Below are positions 30,245 to 40,153 of a stretch of DNA of 64,000 bases, in pieces. Under the pieces are notes generated by a model. It searched no databases. It worked only from the letters and a program-made list of their open reading frames with translations, and was not told the DNA's origin. The position numbers and the translations under genes were made by a program. This DNA comes from an uncultured Odoribacter sp. (lineage in GTDB: Bacteria; Bacteroidota; Bacteroidia; Bacteroidales; Marinifilaceae), in assembly GCA_900541415.1 (NCBI GenBank), contig UQJP01000023.1:3544-67543 (forward strand). Direction: 5' to 3'. Each line of letters begins with the position of its first letter. The stretch's first letter is position 1.

Positions 30245-31582
30245 ATGGTGAAATCTTATTTTATTGCCTGTATTATATTTTTAGGAGCGGCCTGTGCCAA
30301 AACTCCTGTAACCACCGTTTCGGTACATATAAACGGTAGGGCTGTGGACGCTTCCTCGCTTTACACCCCGGATTCCACCTATCGGCTGGCTCTCGATTCC
30401 ACAGGCTCTGCCACGGTGATTCTGGCAGAAGGTTTCAGGCCCGGCTATGCGGAGTTGAGGTGTGGTCTGGTGAAATTGCCCTTATATGTGGAACCCGACA
30501 AGAGCTTTGATGTGGCGTTGGGATTCAGGGGCAAAAAAGTTGTACCTGAATTTGCAGGAGCCGGAGCTGCCGTAAATGAATACCTGAACAAAAAGCCCGG
30601 TGAATATCCTGATTTTAAGTTGAATGAGACGCAATTTATTCAGGCCTTGGAGGATATGAAGAAGGTGGAATATGCTCATCTGGATAGTTTGGGGTTCAGT
30701 GAGGAATTTGTGAATGTAGAAAAACAGCGTCTCCATTATTTGATTTATAGATATTTCGAATTGTATCCGGGGTATCATGCTTATTACACCCAACAAGAGG
30801 ATTTTAAGCCTTCGGATATTTATTACAATCGGATGCGTACCCTGATCCGGGAAGATGAATCCCTGTTGGGGTTGGACGTATACCGGACGCTTCTCACCGA
30901 TTTTGTCCGGATTTACAGTACCAAAGATTTGGAAACCGGAGATGCCTTGGCGCATTTAAAAGCAAAGTTGGATTATATCGATAAAAACATGAGCAATCCC
31001 GCTGTGGTATCTTTTTTGGTGAATCGCTTCGTGACCGATTATGTTTCCAGTGCCGGAGTGGACGATTTACCCGAATTCGAGAGTGTCTACCGGGCTAAAG
31101 TGATTTCTGCGGACGACCGGGAGAAGTTTGAAGAAATCTGTGCTGAGTGGGCTAAGGTGAAGAAAGGGCAACTGTCCCCTCCCTTTCAGTTTGCGGATAT
31201 AGACGGGAAGAAATTCGGTTTACAGGATTTTGCCGGGAAATATGTGCTGATCGATGTGTGGGCCACCTGGTGTCCTCCCTGCCGGAGTGAAATTCCTGCC
31301 TTGAAAGAGCTGGAACATCAGTTTAAAGATAAGAACATAGTTTTTGTAAGTATCTCCTGCGATCAGGATATTGCAGATTGGGAAAAAATGGTAAAAGGAG
31401 GTACGCTGGGAGGCATTCAGCTTCACGATGGAGGCGACCGCGAATTTATGAAAGCTTATAGGATACGTTCTATCCCCCGGTTTATTTTGCTGGACCGGGA
31501 AGGTTATATCATATCGGCCAATATGACACGCCCCTCTAATCCTAAAACGGCGGAAACCCTGGAAAATCTGGAAGGAATTTAA
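30245..31582 (+). CDS. TlpA/redoxin family lipoprotein
   Basis: Lipobox-like LGAAC; WATWCPPC thioredoxin motif; SIPRF. Confidence 0.88.
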   Translation: MVKSYFIACIIFLGAACAKTPVTTVSVHINGRAVDASSLYTPDSTYRLALDSTGSATVILAEGFRPGYAELRCGLVKLPLYVEPDKSFDVALGFRGKKVVPEFAGAGAAVNEYLNKKPGEYPDFKLNETQFIQALEDMKKVEYAHLDSLGFSEEFVNVEKQRLHYLIYRYFELYPGYHAYYTQQEDFKPSDIYYNRMRTLIREDESLLGLDVYRTLLTDFVRIYSTKDLETGDALAHLKAKLDYIDKNMSNPAVVSFLVNRFVTDYVSSAGVDDLPEFESVYRAKVISADDREKFEEICAEWAKVKKGQLSPPFQFADIDGKKFGLQDFAGKYVLIDVWATWCPPCRSEIPALKELEHQFKDKNIVFVSISCDQDIADWEKMVKGGTLGGIQLHDGGDREFMKAYRIRSIPRFILLDREGYIISANMTRPSNPKTAETLENLEGI

Positions 31583-31721
31583 TCATACCGCTTTGTCGGT
31601 CACCCTATAAAATGCCGGGAAAAGAGCTTTGCTCTCCCGGTGTTTTTTATTTGTTTATTTGATATAACTTTCCGTTCTTTGCAAATATTTAATTAAAAGA
31701 TACAAAAATATAATTATTGTT

Positions 31722-32717
31722 ATGAATGTGCTTGGTTTCTGGTACAATAACGCCCGTCCCAAAGCTTTGCCTCAAAGTATGCTCCCTGCTTTATTGGCGG
31801 TGTGCATGGCGGCAGGAAGTCCTGATTTTTCTTTGCCTTTGGCAATTCTGGCGGTGGCCGGGGTTTTATTCGGGCATTTGGGGATGAATTTATTCGACGA
31901 TTATTTCGATTACCGGAAAAAAGGTACGGAGTTCCGCGATAAAATGGCCGGGGAAGGAATCCGGGCGAGGATTGCAAAATGCAGTTACCTCACTTCCGGG
32001 GCCGCCACCCTTTCACAATTACTGGCGGCTTGCCTGGTGTTCTCTCTCGTAGCCTTGGTGTTCGGGGTGGTGATTTTTTGGTTCCGGGGAGAATATATTG
32101 CGTGGATTGCGCTGGCGCTGGCCGTTTTAGGCATTTCTTATTCCGGCGCGCCTTTGCGGTTAAGCTATCACGGCTGGGGCGAGCTGGAGGTGGGATTTAT
32201 ATTCGGTCCCTTACTGATGGCTGGAGTGTATTATTCGGCTGCCGGGACGATCACGCCTGCCGTCCTTTTTGTTTCTTTCCCGGTGGGTTTGCTGGTGGCC
32301 AATATATTATATACCCATTCCATCATGGATTACGAACCCGATAAGAAGGTGGGAAAAATGACTTTGGCCGTTTTGCTTCGGGATAAAAAAAGGATGCTGG
32401 CCGTTTTGTTTTTTCTACTGTTCTGTCCTTTTGCCATTATTGCCTGGGGGATTGTGCGGGGAGAATTGTCTGTTTGGTATTGGGCGGTTTTCCTGACCTT
32501 GCCGATGGCTTTTTCCCTGTTCCGGCTGATGATTTGGTTTGTACGTGACCCACATCGCGTTTTCACACCCCGGTTTTGGATGGGACCTATGACAAACTGG
32601 GAAAATATTCAAAAAATAGGTATCGATTGGTTTATGATCCGCTGGTTGCTGGCGCGCAACCTGCTGTCGTTTTTTTGTTTGATTGTAGTTATAATAAGCC
32701 TGTTAACTTTATTTTGA
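31722..32717 (+). CDS. UbiA-family prenyltransferase (divergent MenA-like)
   Basis: ARPKALP N-terminus; Asp-rich DDYFD and DYEPDKKVGK motifs; multiple TM segments. Confidence 0.85.
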   Translation: MNVLGFWYNNARPKALPQSMLPALLAVCMAAGSPDFSLPLAILAVAGVLFGHLGMNLFDDYFDYRKKGTEFRDKMAGEGIRARIAKCSYLTSGAATLSQLLAACLVFSLVALVFGVVIFWFRGEYIAWIALALAVLGISYSGAPLRLSYHGWGELEVGFIFGPLLMAGVYYSAAGTITPAVLFVSFPVGLLVANILYTHSIMDYEPDKKVGKMTLAVLLRDKKRMLAVLFFLLFCPFAIIAWGIVRGELSVWYWAVFLTLPMAFSLFRLMIWFVRDPHRVFTPRFWMGPMTNWENIQKIGIDWFMIRWLLARNLLSFFCLIVVIISLLTLF

Positions 32718-32723
32718 TTTCGT

Positions 32724-33659
32724 ATGTTTCAGTTTTTATATCTTTCCAAGTGGTTTTTTCAAGCTAAGTTTTTGGGACGGAAACGTCCGTTGCAAACCGT
32801 GTTGTTTATCTCTGATAAATGCAATTTGGCTTGTCGGCATTGCACCGTCTACCAGAAAGAGAATCCCCACATCAAGACCTATGAACAAATCCGGGAAGAA
32901 CTCGAATATTCCTACCGTTTGGGATCACGTTTCGTGGATTTCGAAGGAGGCGAGCCTACCATTTGGCGGGATGGGGAGCATGATCTGAACAGCCTGATCC
33001 GGCTGGCAAAGCAGATCGGATTTTTTTCAACCACGGTGACGACAAATGCGCAGCTCCCCTTTAAGGGATGCGAGGCCGATTCCATTTGGGTGAGTCTCGA
33101 CGGGGCGGGGCATTTCCACGACGATGTGCGCGGGAAAGGCACTTTCGGCAGGCTTGTCGAAAATGTAAAGAATTGCAGGCATCCGAATGTGCATTTCAAC
33201 ATGGCGATCAACACCATCAACTGTGACGGAACGGTGGATGTGATCGCTTATACCCGGAACAATCCTTTCGTGCATTCGGTGTCGTTGAATTTTCATACCC
33301 CTTTTCCCGGAAGCGAATCGCTTTCTGTGAATCAGGCGAAACGGGAAGAAGTGATCGATGATATTATCATGATGAAGAAAAAAGGTTACCCGGTGATGAA
33401 TTCCATTTCAGCCCTGAAATTGATGAAACACAATCGGTTTAAAAAACAATGCTGGGTGACTAATTTCATTATGCCTGACGGAACGCGTTACGATGAATGT
33501 CAGGGAAAAGCGGCGGGTGTGTGCGACCGTTGCGGATTTTGCATGGCCGGGGAAATGCATTGCGTTTTTAGCTTGAAACCCGATACTATTTTCGCGGGGC
33601 TGAAATTGAGGATGAAAAAGAAGGCTAAAGGGGAATTTTTACCGTTGCGGCATAGTTAG
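32724..33659 (+). CDS. Radical SAM protein with C-terminal Cys-rich (SPASM/twitch-like) region
   Basis: CNLACRHC, GGEP, TTN, VSLDG motifs; C-terminal C-X15-C-X7-C-X2-C-X2-C. Confidence 0.9.
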   Translation: MFQFLYLSKWFFQAKFLGRKRPLQTVLFISDKCNLACRHCTVYQKENPHIKTYEQIREELEYSYRLGSRFVDFEGGEPTIWRDGEHDLNSLIRLAKQIGFFSTTVTTNAQLPFKGCEADSIWVSLDGAGHFHDDVRGKGTFGRLVENVKNCRHPNVHFNMAINTINCDGTVDVIAYTRNNPFVHSVSLNFHTPFPGSESLSVNQAKREEVIDDIIMMKKKGYPVMNSISALKLMKHNRFKKQCWVTNFIMPDGTRYDECQGKAAGVCDRCGFCMAGEMHCVFSLKPDTIFAGLKLRMKKKAKGEFLPLRHS

Positions 33660-34556
33660 GTCGCGGAAGATTTCTTCCAGATTCCTTTCTTCTGTCCGCA
33701 GGGCAATGATCGGGCATTTATGGCTTGCGGCAGCGTTAAACAGGGCGATGCGGGGGTCTTCTCCCGGTTGGCTTATCAGTTGCCAGCTATCTGTGCCTGC
33801 CGGGCTGGCCGATTGCAGATTTAGTTCTGTTTCTTGCAGCCATTGTGTTTTGCTTCCGGGGGCGAATGTCACTTCAACCACCATCGTATTCCCGGTAGTT
33901 TGATGCAGTTCGCTTTTGAGCTTATCGGTGACGATTTCCCCCTGATTGATGATAATGATGCGGTCGCAGATGGCTTCTACTTCCTGCATGATATGCGTAG
34001 AAAGTAAAACCGTTTTATCTTTCCCGATCCGGATAATCAGATGGCGGATTTCTTCCAGTTGGTTGGGGTCGAGGCCTGTCATAGGCTCATCCAGAATCAG
34101 CACTTCCGGGTTGTGCACCAGTGCCTGCGCCAATCCCACGCGCTGGCGGTAGCCTTTGGACAGTTCGCCTATTTTTTTCGTTTCTTCCGGCAATAATCCG
34201 GTGAGTTCAACTATGTTTTTCACCCTTTTTACAGGATTGTCCATCCTGTAAAGGCGGGCCACATGCAGGAGATATTCTTTGATGAACATATCCGGATAAA
34301 GCGGGTTGTGTTCCGGCAGATAGCCGATGCAGGCTTTAGCCTGTAAAGGGTGTTTGCGGATGTCTATCCCGCACACTTGCACCTGTCCGGTGAAATCTTC
34401 CAGAAAACCCGTGATGATCTTCATGGTGGTTGATTTCCCCGCCCCGTTGGGTCCCAGAAAACCGCATATTTCTCCTTTGTTCAGGGTGAAACTCACCCTG
34501 TCGAGTGCTTTCTGTTTCCCGTAATATTTGCTAACGTGGTCTATCGTAATTGCCAT
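33639..34556 (-). CDS. ABC transporter ATP-binding protein (GldA-like)
   Basis: GPNGAGKSTTMK, GYLPEHNPLY, LSKGYRQRVGLAQAL, ILDEP motifs. Confidence 0.88.
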   Translation of the reverse strand: MAITIDHVSKYYGKQKALDRVSFTLNKGEICGFLGPNGAGKSTTMKIITGFLEDFTGQVQVCGIDIRKHPLQAKACIGYLPEHNPLYPDMFIKEYLLHVARLYRMDNPVKRVKNIVELTGLLPEETKKIGELSKGYRQRVGLAQALVHNPEVLILDEPMTGLDPNQLEEIRHLIIRIGKDKTVLLSTHIMQEVEAICDRIIIINQGEIVTDKLKSELHQTTGNTMVVEVTFAPGSKTQWLQETELNLQSASPAGTDSWQLISQPGEDPRIALFNAAASHKCPIIALRTEERNLEEIFRDLTMPQR

Positions 34557-34572
34557 AGTTGCGGGCTTTAGG

Positions 34573-36432
34573 TTATTTAAACCAACTATTCACGTCCTCA
34601 TAGTTCAGGATGTGGATAATGGTCTTTCCGTCGGCGGTGAAATTGTGGTGTTTGCAGGCGAATAAATTATCGGCAATTTCCCGCATTTCATCGCAATTCA
34701 ATACCGTATTGTAATCGATGGCCGAGGCTTTGGCCAGAGCCAGGGCTACCCGTTCTTTCATTTTCTCGCGGATGCTGCCTTCCGTATTTTTATAATGTTC
34801 TATCAATTGAATAAGCACTTCTTTGGCATGGGAATAAGAAAGGTCGGGGGGAGTGGCATGGATAGCAAAGCAATTCTTGCCGGATGCGTTTAATTCAAAC
34901 CCTAAATATTCCAAATCGGTATTCAATTCCCGGACCAAAGCGAAATCGGCAGCCGAGAGTTCCAGTGTTTCGGGGAAAAGGCTCTTTTGCCCGGTCACCT
35001 TTTGGGTGAGCAGCGAGTTGTAATATTTTTCGAAAAGGATTCGTTCGTGTGCCCTTTTTTGGTCGATCAGCATCAGCCCGCTTTGCACGGGGGTGACGAT
35101 GTATCGTCCCTTTAGTTGGAAATGGCAGGCTGTGGCGGGTTGTAGGGGAGTTAGTTCCTCCGACATTTCCGGAATTACGGTCTGCACCGTTTCTTCTTTT
35201 TCTTTCAGCCCGTCGAACAGAATGTCCCAGTTTGCCGGAACTTTCTCCGTGCGGTGGGGGAATGCGGAAGAGCCGCTTTGCCGCTCGAAGTCCGAATCCT
35301 CTTTGCTGATAGGGCTGTTGTTGTAGTTAAAAGGGTTATAATTGGGGTTATAATTGATTCGTGGCACATACGCCGTTTCTGCGGCAGGCGTGGGAGGGGT
35401 GTAATCGATGCTCCCCTCTGTGTCGAAATCCAATGGCGGAGTGATATTGAATTTTCCTAAAGCCTCTTTCGTACTGGCCATCAATATCTGGAAAAAATCG
35501 GTTTCGTCCTGAAATTTTATCTCCGTTTTTGTGGGATGGATGTTAATGTCGATCAGGGAAGGATCGACCGTGAAATAAATGAAATAGGAAGGCACGGCAT
35601 CCGCACTGATCAATCCCGAATAAGCCTCCATGATCGCTTTATGAAAAAAGTTGTGTTTCATAAAACGATTATTCACAAAGAAATATTGTTCCCCGTATGT
35701 TTTTTTGGCATGTTGGGGGTGGCAGATAAAGCCTTTGATTTTAACCAACCCGGTTTCGCAATCCACGTTAATCAGCTTGGCGTTTATTCCTTTGCCGAAA
35801 ACATTCACGATGCGCTGGCGTAGCACGGAAACCGGAAGATTGTAGAGTTCATTGCCGTTATTGCTTAATGAAAAACTGATCTCCGGATTGGTCAGGGCCA
35901 CCCGTAGAAATTCATTGATCACATTCCGCAATTCGGTGGTGTCCGATTTCAGGAATTTCCGCCTTGCCGGAATATTGTAGAATAAGTTTTTTACAGAAAT
36001 ATTGGTTCCCGCCGGCATGCTGATGGCTTCCTGCTTTTTCAGTTCGGATGCTGCGATGAAGATACAGGTGCCCAGTTCGTCTTCCGCCCGGCGTGTTTTC
36101 AGTTCCACCTCCGCCACCGAAGCGATCGAAGGCAGGGCTTCGCCCCGGAAGCCCAATGTGTTTATACTGAAAAGGTCTTGGGCCGAAGCTATTTTCGACG
36201 TGGCATGACGTTCGAAAGCCATGCGCGCGTCTATGGGCGACATGCCTTTCCCGTCGTCGATCACCTGGATAACGGCTTTCCCTACATTTTTAAGTACGAC
36301 TTGTATATTTTTAGCTCCGGCGTCGATTGCATTTTCCATTAGCTCTTTTACGACCGATGCGGGGCGTTGCACGACTTCCCCGGCAGCGATTTGGTTGGCA
36401 ACAGAATCCGGCAGTAATCGGATAATATCCAT
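34573..36432 (-). CDS. mutL: DNA mismatch repair protein MutL
   Basis: NQIAAGEVV, ENAIDAGA, GFRGEAL, DQKRAHER motifs. Confidence 0.96.
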   Translation of the reverse strand: MDIIRLLPDSVANQIAAGEVVQRPASVVKELMENAIDAGAKNIQVVLKNVGKAVIQVIDDGKGMSPIDARMAFERHATSKIASAQDLFSINTLGFRGEALPSIASVAEVELKTRRAEDELGTCIFIAASELKKQEAISMPAGTNISVKNLFYNIPARRKFLKSDTTELRNVINEFLRVALTNPEISFSLSNNGNELYNLPVSVLRQRIVNVFGKGINAKLINVDCETGLVKIKGFICHPQHAKKTYGEQYFFVNNRFMKHNFFHKAIMEAYSGLISADAVPSYFIYFTVDPSLIDINIHPTKTEIKFQDETDFFQILMASTKEALGKFNITPPLDFDTEGSIDYTPPTPAAETAYVPRINYNPNYNPFNYNNSPISKEDSDFERQSGSSAFPHRTEKVPANWDILFDGLKEKEETVQTVIPEMSEELTPLQPATACHFQLKGRYIVTPVQSGLMLIDQKRAHERILFEKYYNSLLTQKVTGQKSLFPETLELSAADFALVRELNTDLEYLGFELNASGKNCFAIHATPPDLSYSHAKEVLIQLIEHYKNTEGSIREKMKERVALALAKASAIDYNTVLNCDEMREIADNLFACKHHNFTADGKTIIHILNYEDVNSWFK

Positions 36433-36488
36433 AAAACGATAACGTAAAAACGATAAATTAAAGGTTATTTGGACGAATGACCGCAGTA

Positions 36489-36806
36489 TTAAAGTCCGAA
36501 AAATTTCATAATACCTTCGGGATTCCTTACAAATACATAGAACGCAGCCAGGAATAGCATGATTAAAATCATAAACAACCGGATGGTATAGGCCGAGTTG
36601 GCATTGCCTCTGGCGGTTTTTCTTTTTTCATACTCCTTCCGGAACTGTCCCCGTACATCGGGAATATACTGGTCGGAATTTTCTTCCAGTTTTAATTCTG
36701 CCCGGATACGTCTTCTGCGGGCTTCCTGCTCTTCTTTCACCGGATCCCAATACCGGGGTTTTAAATTAAACCTTTTATACTCTGGTTTCTTGAATAAGAG
36801 AAACAT
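36489..36806 (-). CDS. Hypothetical protein with C-terminal TM segment
   Basis: KRFNLKPRYWDP N-terminal motif; co-oriented with mutL. Confidence 0.75.
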   Translation of the reverse strand: MFLLFKKPEYKRFNLKPRYWDPVKEEQEARRRRIRAELKLEENSDQYIPDVRGQFRKEYEKRKTARGNANSAYTIRLFMILIMLFLAAFYVFVRNPEGIMKFFGL

Positions 36807-36820
36807 GGTGGTTTGTGTTT

Positions 36821-37900
36821 TTAATTATTTGTTTTTTTCGAGGATGAGAGACCGAAATGTTTACGTACCCATTTGGGAACAAGGAATGCTCCTACAAAAA
36901 GGTAGGGATAATAGCTAATCAGCCTCCATAAGATAGCCATAGCAATGGCGACACTGGCTCCCGGCAGGAATTCTCCCAGATATTCCTTAAAGACAAATTC
37001 TGCAAATCCGCTGCCTCCCGGTGTGGGGCTTACCAGCATCATGATCCACATCACTAATTGCCTTGCGAAAATAAGAAAATGTTCTGCCAAGGTATATCTG
37101 CCTGCCCAAAACGCCATCAAAATCGCATTTACCACCCAATAACGGGCTGTCCACGAGATAAAAGTCGCCCCGAAGGTTTTTAGCCAAAACGAAATGGGCA
37201 TGTGCCGTAATTCGTAGGAATTACGGATGATGTCCGATCCGGCTTCGTTGGCACTATGCCGCCATTTACGGAGGATTCGCCATTTAAAGAGCTTCATGAG
37301 CAGATATTTCAATCCCCGTGGATTTTTAAACAATCCATAGCTAAGGATAAGCAAATAAACTAATTTGAGGGAATAACCGCCTACTGCAAACCAGATCAAA
37401 CTTTTCGTAACTCCTTCGCTGACGCCCGGCATGTTCCATAATGCCGTCTGGCTTACGCAAAGCAGGATGATGGGAAACATGATAATGAAGTATAGCTCGT
37501 CCAGAAAAGAGGTGGCCATCACCATAGCAGAACTACGCCCCACTTTGATTCCTTCCTTGTTTACAAAAAGGATGGCCAGGCTGGTGCCACCGATGGCCGA
37601 AGGCGTAACGGCGGAAGTAAATTCCCAGAGAAAAATGATGCGGATCGATTTGATCCAATTCAGGCGGTTGCCGGAAAGCACCTTGATTCGGATTACATAT
37701 CCCAGGTCGCGGACCACCATACACAAAATCGCTACCAGAAGCCAAAACACAGAAATCCACGTAAAGGTGATCTGTTCGAATGCCTTTATGTCGAATTCCC
37801 TATATAGCATATACGATACTACCGCCAACCCGATGAGAATCGGGTAAACAATCTTATAGGGACTGATCTTTTTGGTGAGATTTTTCTCTGATTGTTCCAT
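36821..37900 (-). CDS. Lysylphosphatidylglycerol synthase TM-domain (UPF0104) membrane protein
   Basis: SAVTPSAIGG, SPTPGGSGFAE and LWRLISYY motifs; start uncertain (37900 or 37954). Confidence 0.82.
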   Translation of the reverse strand: MEQSEKNLTKKISPYKIVYPILIGLAVVSYMLYREFDIKAFEQITFTWISVFWLLVAILCMVVRDLGYVIRIKVLSGNRLNWIKSIRIIFLWEFTSAVTPSAIGGTSLAILFVNKEGIKVGRSSAMVMATSFLDELYFIIMFPIILLCVSQTALWNMPGVSEGVTKSLIWFAVGGYSLKLVYLLILSYGLFKNPRGLKYLLMKLFKWRILRKWRHSANEAGSDIIRNSYELRHMPISFWLKTFGATFISWTARYWVVNAILMAFWAGRYTLAEHFLIFARQLVMWIMMLVSPTPGGSGFAEFVFKEYLGEFLPGASVAIAMAILWRLISYYPYLFVGAFLVPKWVRKHFGLSSSKKTNN

Positions 37901-38165
37901 CGTCCGGTAATTAATTTCCAGAAACCTTATACTATCTTGCTCTTGTAGGAGCATTTGAGTTCATAAAGTTAATGGAAAGTTTCCTGAATCGGGCAAATTT
38001 CGCTCTAAACTTTATTGTCTTTACAAACTTTAAGAGATGGATATTTGAGAATGAAGGTGTTGTTCTTTATAAAAATAGTGAGGTTATTTACATTAATTAT
38101 AATTTGGTTGTGTTGGTTAATTAAATTATATTTATTGTGTTTTTATAATAAGATAATCTAATGGG

Positions 38166-38699
38166 ATGGAAATAGGTTTAACTGATATTGAAACATATAC
38201 TTCGATCGGGGCTAATTTAGTTGCAATCACCGGAATTATTGTTTTTATCGTTGAGTTTAACAGGTATAAGAAAACGAATAAAATTCAGGCTTATCAGAAT
38301 CGTTATCAATTATATCTGGAAATGGATAAAATTTTGATTGAACATCCCGAATTGAAAAAATTGGTAGGTAATCTTGAATTTCAAAAATGGCTGGAACAGA
38401 ATCAAGGAACTGACTCTGAAATTCGTTCGACGGCGTTTATTGAACTGGTATTAAATTTATGCCAGCTATCTTATATGCAATACAAGGATCGGATTACTAA
38501 TTCTGAAATGCTGTGGATGAAAGAATTACTTAAGAATAAATATGTTGTCGCTTATTGGAATAGTGGAATTAAATGTAGATATAATAAGGATTTTGAAAGA
38601 TTTGTAAAGAAAGAGCTGGAGTGTTCCCCGAAAAGAAAGTGGGAATGGGGAAAGAAAATATCTCGTTTTAGTCATAGAATAATCGATTTTCTATCATGA
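38166..38699 (+). CDS. AT-rich hypothetical protein with N-terminal TM helix
   Basis: 177-aa ORF, hydrophobic residues ~14-31; visibly lower GC than neighbours; adjacent to the tRNA-Ala 3' end. Confidence 0.75.
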   Translation: MEIGLTDIETYTSIGANLVAITGIIVFIVEFNRYKKTNKIQAYQNRYQLYLEMDKILIEHPELKKLVGNLEFQKWLEQNQGTDSEIRSTAFIELVLNLCQLSYMQYKDRITNSEMLWMKELLKNKYVVAYWNSGIKCRYNKDFERFVKKELECSPKRKWEWGKKISRFSHRIIDFLS

Positions 38700-38844
38700 G
38701 AGTGATAGATTGCTATATTCTTTAGCAATTGTGGGTAACTCTTGTGTGACTTTTCTATTTAAGATGGCTTAAATGTATGTGATTTTGGGAAAAGAAAAAA
38801 GCTCCCGATTTCTCGGAAGCTTTGATTCTAGTGGTTTTCAGGAG

Positions 38845-38918
<74 letters not shown>

Positions 38919-39044
38919 GGAAGTGTTTGCCTTGTCATTTTCAGATTTTTGAAAACTAAAAAATGATTTTGACGGCACAAATTTAGAATAAATCGCTGAA
39001 AAAGCAAAAAAAAGCCGTTTTTTTAAAAGGTATCCTTTTCGGTT

Positions 39045-40112
39045 TTATCGGGCTGGTTTTATGCGCAATTTGCCTGTGATCGGGTAGTGGTCTGACAAAG
39101 TGATCTCCTCCCGCTTATAACTTACCGTTTCAAGGCCCGGCGTATGGAAAATATAATCGATCCGGAAAGAGGGAAATTCCCCGATATAAGTGTTTCCCAA
39201 TCCTCGTCCCTTCTCGATGAAACAATCCGAAAGCCCGCCTTTGATCGTTTTGTAGGTATACGATAAAGGCGTATCGTTGAAATCCCCGCACAAAACCACC
39301 GGATAGGGCGAAGACTGGATGTGCATGTTAATTTGTTCCGCCTGCTTCGCCCTGTTTTTATTCGCATTTACAATGCGTCTGACGATGCTTCTGATTCCAC
39401 CTTTGATGTCGTCGCTTTTTAAACCTTCCGCCATTTCTTTCATGAATTGGCGTTCTTCTTTCTCGAAACGGTAGGATTCCAGATGCACACTGTAAATACG
39501 GACGGTGTCGGTTGCCAGCGGAATATCGATATAAATACACGAACTGGAATATTTTTTATCAAAAGGAATCGTGCCTTGCCGGATGATCGGTATCCGGGAG
39601 AATATACCCATGTCTTTGTATAGGTAGTGATAAGGATAAGTGGACAGCCGTCTGATGATTTCCCTGTTTTTGAGCGTGGAGCTATTGAGCGAGAATTCTT
39701 GTAAACAGATGACATCCCCTTCGAAACGATTCAGGTAATCGAATAATTTTTGGCGGGTATCTTTTTGTTTCGACCAATTGTAAATATCGAAATAACGGAC
39801 GTTATAAGAAAGCAGCGAAAGGTCGTGTTTCTTCTGGTCTTCCTGGACGTTTGCCGTGCCGTAATAGGTCATGAACGTGGGTATGCCCAGCAGGATGACC
39901 ACTAAAACGAACCAAGCCGTTTTTTTCCAGCGGGTGATCCAATACAGCAGAAGTAAAAGGTTTGCAATTAAAAGATAAGGATAGGCAAGTCCCAACAAAG
40001 AAGGCAAAATAAAGCTGTTGGGGTCGATATACGATGAGGTATAGGCTCCCAGCAGACCTGCTATGGTGCAGATGCTTATTACCAGCACTACTTTGTCTAA
40101 TATCTTTAACAT
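39045..40112 (-). CDS. Endonuclease/exonuclease/phosphatase family membrane protein
   Basis: N-terminal TMs; SYNV, ICLQE, HLES, GDFND, RIDYI, SDH motifs. Confidence 0.9.
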   Translation of the reverse strand: MLKILDKVVLVISICTIAGLLGAYTSSYIDPNSFILPSLLGLAYPYLLIANLLLLLYWITRWKKTAWFVLVVILLGIPTFMTYYGTANVQEDQKKHDLSLLSYNVRYFDIYNWSKQKDTRQKLFDYLNRFEGDVICLQEFSLNSSTLKNREIIRRLSTYPYHYLYKDMGIFSRIPIIRQGTIPFDKKYSSSCIYIDIPLATDTVRIYSVHLESYRFEKEERQFMKEMAEGLKSDDIKGGIRSIVRRIVNANKNRAKQAEQINMHIQSSPYPVVLCGDFNDTPLSYTYKTIKGGLSDCFIEKGRGLGNTYIGEFPSFRIDYIFHTPGLETVSYKREEITLSDHYPITGKLRIKPAR

Positions 40113-40153
40113 GTTGGATCTGTTTGTTTTCGTACGCTGACAGTGACCCGCTG

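Noticed and set aside
33639..34556. GldA-like ATPase as evidence of gliding motility
   Set aside because: No gldF/gldG or other gliding genes in the window; a generic ABC ATPase call is all the sequence supports.
37948..37954. GGAGCAT as a duplicated tRNA-Ala 3' end (att site)
   Set aside because: Only a 7-bp match; expected by chance.
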